A stretch of DNA of 20,367 nt from an uncultured Gemmatimonadales bacterium (GTDB lineage: Bacteria > Gemmatimonadota > Gemmatimonadetes > Gemmatimonadales > GWC2-71-9), in NCBI GenBank assembly GCA_963748815.1, contig CAVVKJ010000015.1, forward strand, positions 1 through 20,367. The letters are read 5' to 3'. Under the pieces are notes generated by a model. That model was not told the origin of the DNA. It searched no databases and worked only from the letters and a program-made list of their open reading frames with translations. Below, in pieces: positions 16,755 through 20,367 of this stretch. Made by a program: the position numbers and the translations under genes. Numbering within the stretch: position 1 is the stretch's first letter; each line of letters starts with the position of its first letter.

Positions 16755-17810
16755 GCCGACGAGCCCCACCAGCCTATTGCGACGGATGGCGCCACGGCCA
16801 CCGGTTCGCTCCAGATCAGTGCGACACCCATTCAGATCCTCGCCCCATCCGACAGTGATGGAGTTCCCCTGTTCGGCAACATTGCCGACGCGACACGCCT
16901 GACATCAGGAATCGTCGTGGTGGTCGATCGGCGCATCGATGCCGTCACGCTCATTGATCCGAGAGGCCAACTCGTTAGTCAAGTTGGACGGAACGGGGAG
17001 GGTCCGGGCGAGTTCCGCTCGCTCGGCGGGATTGGCCAGTGTGCCCCTGACACCTTGTTCGTCTGGGACCGGATGAACGACCGGATGAACATCCTGGGTC
17101 CCGATGGTGCCTTTGTGAACTCCTACCGCCCACCGGGCGATCTGGTGGACCGGTACTGTGCGGGTGCTACCCGGTTCCTGGTATGGACGCGATTCCTGAA
17201 TTTTGGAACCCCGACTGCAGAGTCACCACCGATCCGCGGTATCGCTGTGCTTGTCTCCGCTTGGGGTGATTCAGTGGGTGGGCTGGGAGAAATCCAGGCG
17301 GGCGAGGTGTGGCCGTTGGGTGCGGTCACCCAATTTGCCGTCACCGAGGCTGGGGTCTATTTGGGAACTGCCGACACCGCGGTCGTGTCCCTATACGATA
17401 CGACCGGTCAGAGACTGCGATCGATTGCCGTGGGGGATGCGCACCGGGCGGCCTCGGAGGTGGACTATGACGCGGCCATCACGAGTTTGACCAGTACCGT
17501 ACCGGGTACCGCCGAGGAAGTTGCCAGCATGAAGCAGTTCATGCGCAAGCGCTTTCCGATGCCCACATTCCTGCCGGCGTATCGCGCGATCTTCACCAAT
17601 GGTCGCGGGGGCCTGTTTGTGGTTACCTCACCGCTCGGAGCTGACGCCACCACGATTCGGGTGTTCGATGGTGCCGGCGCTTCGCTCGGCGACATTCTCA
17701 TTCCCGGGGACTTGGAAATATTTGAAATCGGCAGCGACTATCTGCTGGGGATGACGCAAGATGCGGAGGGAGAACAGCAACTGGTGGTGTACTCGCTGAC
17801 GGTTGATTGA
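16701..17810 (+). CDS. 6-bladed beta-propeller lipoprotein (array member 6)
   Basis: Lipobox LGAC. VGRNGEGPGEFR. IRVFDGAGASLGDILIP...IGSDYLLG..QDAEGEQ. Confidence 0.87.
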   Translation: MIRLTPCLVVGLLLLGACADEPHQPIATDGATATGSLQISATPIQILAPSDSDGVPLFGNIADATRLTSGIVVVVDRRIDAVTLIDPRGQLVSQVGRNGEGPGEFRSLGGIGQCAPDTLFVWDRMNDRMNILGPDGAFVNSYRPPGDLVDRYCAGATRFLVWTRFLNFGTPTAESPPIRGIAVLVSAWGDSVGGLGEIQAGEVWPLGAVTQFAVTEAGVYLGTADTAVVSLYDTTGQRLRSIAVGDAHRAASEVDYDAAITSLTSTVPGTAEEVASMKQFMRKRFPMPTFLPAYRAIFTNGRGGLFVVTSPLGADATTIRVFDGAGASLGDILIPGDLEIFEIGSDYLLGMTQDAEGEQQLVVYSLTVD

Positions 17811-17826
17811 CCCCTCACTCTACCCC

Positions 17827-18006
17827 CCCCTCTCCCGGAGGGAGAGGGGGATAAGGGGGTGAGGGGTTACAACAGCGGGGCCGCGGGGCAGGGGGCGAAA
17901 CGGACACCGGTCCCCCCCTTCCCGAACGGGAAGGTTTTCTTAGTATGCTGGAATGACCAGACTCACCCCCTGCTTGGCTGTGGGATTGATGCTGCTCGGC
18001 GCCTGC
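17827..18006 (+). repeat. ~180-bp direct repeat, copy 2: BoxC-like copy D (17827-17870) + promoter + signal-peptide codons
   Basis: Matches 16574-16754 up to the lipobox Cys codon. Confidence 0.93.
17941..17946 (+). promoter_or_regulatory. -10 element of a probable leaderless transcript
   Basis: TAGTAT-GCTGGA-ATG, same position as in copy 1. Confidence 0.6.
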
Positions 18007-19080
18007 ACCGGCAGTGAGCCTGCCGCCGCCTTCAAGTCCCTCGACGTCTCGTCCTCCACCGCCCCTTCCTTCGACCACGCAGAAGTACACCCGATTGCAC
18101 TGAAGGCCGAGCCCTTTGTGGAGTCAGGCCTCTCGAATCCGTCAGCCATTGCCGTGGTGGGCCCGTATGTTGTCGTCGCCGACCAGACCAAATCCGACAG
18201 CATGGTGAAGGTGTATCGGGCTGCCGATGGGTCGCTCGCGTTTGCGACCGGTCGGGATGGGGAGGGGCCCGGGGAGTATCGAACCATCTGGGGGCTGCAA
18301 GCGGTGCCCTGGGGCACCGAGTCGAACCCCACCGTATCGGTCTTTGATGTTCGGCTCCGCCGCCTCACCGCGGAAGACCTGAGTCCTGCCGGCCAGGAAC
18401 TTGAGCCGGCGGAGCGGCCGATCGTGACCCTCCGGCCCGAGGCGACCCCGACTCAGGCGCTCTGGGAAACCGACAGCACCATTCTCGCGCTGGGGTTCTT
18501 CCGAGCGGGCCGGCTCGGCGTGTTCAACAATGCGGGCGAGCAAGTCGGTGTGGTGGGTCCCCTTCCCGTGGACGACCCGACCATTCCCGCTCCCGTCCTC
18601 CAGCACGCCTACCAGAGCTTCCTCGGCCGGAAGCCGGATGGTTCCCTGCTGGTGGTGGCGAACCGCCACGCCGGGCGACTCGAGATCCTCCGCCCCGATG
18701 GGGAGCGTACGACGGTCGTTCGCGGGCCGTACTACTTCGAGCCGCGATTCACCGTGGATCAGGCAAGCGACAGTGCCAGGACGCCGATATTTGCTGGTGG
18801 CAATCACCTGAGGTTCGGATACCAATCCGTTGCGGCCACGGACGCCGAGATATTCGCGCTCTTCTCAGGTCGGGTCCGGAAGGACTTCAGCGGTGAGGCG
18901 ATCTACGGGCGGTTCGTTCACGTCTTTGACTGGTCGGGGAACTTCCTGCGCGCGTACGACTTGGGCCAGGCAGTCTTCCAGATCGACATCGACCCGTCGG
19001 GGCAACGGCTCTATGCGCTGGTGCATGAGCCGGAGGTGGGAGTGGTTGTGTTTAATCTGGATCCCGAGGAAGCCAACTGA
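17953..19080 (+). CDS. TolB-like 6-blade propeller lipoprotein, BF3164-like (array member 7)
   Basis: Lipobox LGAC. GRDGEGPGEYR. C-terminal GY.SVAATD.EIFALFSG and VHVFDWSGNFLRAYDL...IDID...RLYAL. The BF3164 label is from recall. Confidence 0.82.
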   Translation: MTRLTPCLAVGLMLLGACTGSEPAAAFKSLDVSSSTAPSFDHAEVHPIALKAEPFVESGLSNPSAIAVVGPYVVVADQTKSDSMVKVYRAADGSLAFATGRDGEGPGEYRTIWGLQAVPWGTESNPTVSVFDVRLRRLTAEDLSPAGQELEPAERPIVTLRPEATPTQALWETDSTILALGFFRAGRLGVFNNAGEQVGVVGPLPVDDPTIPAPVLQHAYQSFLGRKPDGSLLVVANRHAGRLEILRPDGERTTVVRGPYYFEPRFTVDQASDSARTPIFAGGNHLRFGYQSVAATDAEIFALFSGRVRKDFSGEAIYGRFVHVFDWSGNFLRAYDLGQAVFQIDIDPSGQRLYALVHEPEVGVVVFNLDPEEAN

Positions 19081-19085
19081 CGACA

Positions 19086-20189
19086 TCAATGCTGCGTCGG
19101 CTGCCACTCGCAGGTGGTATCATCCACGACGTACCCCAGAAGTGTCGAGGTCAGGTGATCAGCTGAGTCGGCTCGTTGATCCAGGACAAAGACGGTGTCG
19201 TCCCTGAAGGCCGCAACCACCGGGGCATCGCCCGTGGAAGGGATGCTGGCGTCGACGCACGCGGTCTTGAGGTCGCGTGAGAGAATCGTGACATAGAGCG
19301 TCGCCGAGATCACGCGGCCATCGATCGTGGCATCACGATGCGCAGCCAGCACCCTTCCGCCGGGAAGCCGATGCAGCGCATAGAACTCGGACAGTACTCC
19401 GAACATCTCCGGCGGGGAGAGCTGGCTTTCAGGTCCAAACAGTCCTTTCACATCCGGTGGGATACCTCGGCGATTCCGCTTCGGCACGACCACCGTATCC
19501 CGCAGGCGGCCGAGGCTGTCGAGTATCAAAATCCTGTCGGTCCCCGCGAAGGCGACGAGGAGCGTGTCGACCCATGCCGTGACTGCGACGCCATTGTAGA
19601 TGCCTGCGAGCGGGCCACCGAACTCATACTCCTGGGGAACGGAAACCAGGTACGCGATGGTGCTGTCGCCCTCGACGTATCGCGCGATCCCGGTCCGACG
19701 CTCCATGTTCAGGTCGCCGAGCCAGATGCCTCCAGCGTCGTCCTGACCATGATAGGTGATCCCGTTGTACGAGACGGCCGAGAGTAGCGTGTCGCTCGCT
19801 TGATCGAAGAACGAGAGTCGTCGGAGCCCGTTGTCGGCGATCGCAACCCGCCCATCGCCCAACGGTAGAATCATCCCCACGGCGCGGAATTCACCGGGGC
19901 CGCTGCCCTTTCGGCCGACCACAGCCACCGGCGCTCCCTGCCTGTTGTACCGCACCACCCGTTCGTGGTAGCCGTCGGCAACCCAGAAATCGCCGGCGTC
20001 CGAGAACGCCATGACCCGTGGGCTGGCGAGGTAGAGTGACTCCGGCTCCTGGAGTGCGACCTGGGTGACGAGCCGTACGTCAGGGCCGCGACCGGCGGCT
20101 GGCAGAGGGGTATCCAGGCGAGTGCATGCGAGGCCCAGTAGGCACACGCCGCCGACCGCCCAGGTACTCGCGCGCAGCCTGTAGCCCAT
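19086..20189 (-). CDS. 6-bladed beta-propeller lipoprotein (array member 8)
   Basis: ATG 20189 after GAGGAG. Lipobox GLAC. VGRKGSGPGEFR. C-terminal ACVD...CEW. Confidence 0.85.
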   Translation of the reverse strand: MGYRLRASTWAVGGVCLLGLACTRLDTPLPAAGRGPDVRLVTQVALQEPESLYLASPRVMAFSDAGDFWVADGYHERVVRYNRQGAPVAVVGRKGSGPGEFRAVGMILPLGDGRVAIADNGLRRLSFFDQASDTLLSAVSYNGITYHGQDDAGGIWLGDLNMERRTGIARYVEGDSTIAYLVSVPQEYEFGGPLAGIYNGVAVTAWVDTLLVAFAGTDRILILDSLGRLRDTVVVPKRNRRGIPPDVKGLFGPESQLSPPEMFGVLSEFYALHRLPGGRVLAAHRDATIDGRVISATLYVTILSRDLKTACVDASIPSTGDAPVVAAFRDDTVFVLDQRADSADHLTSTLLGYVVDDTTCEWQPTQH

Positions 20190-20367
20190 CTCTCTCCTCT
20201 CTAGACACATCGATGGATTCTGCGGTGGGGCCAGCGTGGAGGACGACGAGATGTTGGCGTCGCTCCAGCGACACCAGCCGAGCCGCGGGTCTACCCGCGA
20301 GTCATAAGGGCCACGATAGCGTGTCCTGGGCCCTTCGGCCAGAGGGCTTGCGCCATCTCCCCCCCCC

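Noticed and set aside
13474..17873. Repeats as integron attC sites
   Set aside because: Copy B has ATCTAAC (RYYYAAC) but its partner GTTGGAG, and the GTTACGA/GTTACAA ends of other copies, do not fit GTTRRRY. Gene orientation is mixed, genes appear to carry their own promoters, and no integrase is present.
9020..20189. Diversity-generating retroelement or recombinase shufflon
   Set aside because: No reverse transcriptase or site-specific recombinase is in the window. The duplicated segment is N-terminal and its differences are not adenine-specific.

Overview
GC-rich bacterial DNA, with a gene style that suggests Gemmatimonadota (inference only). The left part (1-8.9 kb) is ordinary chromosome: an alpha/alpha-toroid-like protein, a small membrane protein, an amidohydrolase lipoprotein, a histone H1-like Lys/Ala-rich protein, an Ig-like + PD40/TolB-repeat protein, an MDR Zn-dehydrogenase, a TM-helix/MscS-N-like membrane protein, a CBS protein and two small hypothetical genes. 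From 9.0 kb to the end is an array of eight divergent exported beta-propeller genes (seven with lipoboxes) plus a 63-aa gene resembling only their C-terminal segment. A DUF559 endonuclease gene sits inside the array, flanked by inverted copies of a BoxC-like palindrome, and two more copies lie at other array junctions. Two neighbouring but very dissimilar propeller genes share a ~181-bp, ~92%-identical module (palindrome + leaderless promoter + signal peptide) that ends at the lipobox Cys. This suggests a repeat-assisted system that swaps variable mature domains behind a constant leader (hypothesis). Intergenic spaces carry several further families of REP-like and short tandem repeats. I found no rRNA, tRNA, CRISPR array, transposase or integrase.
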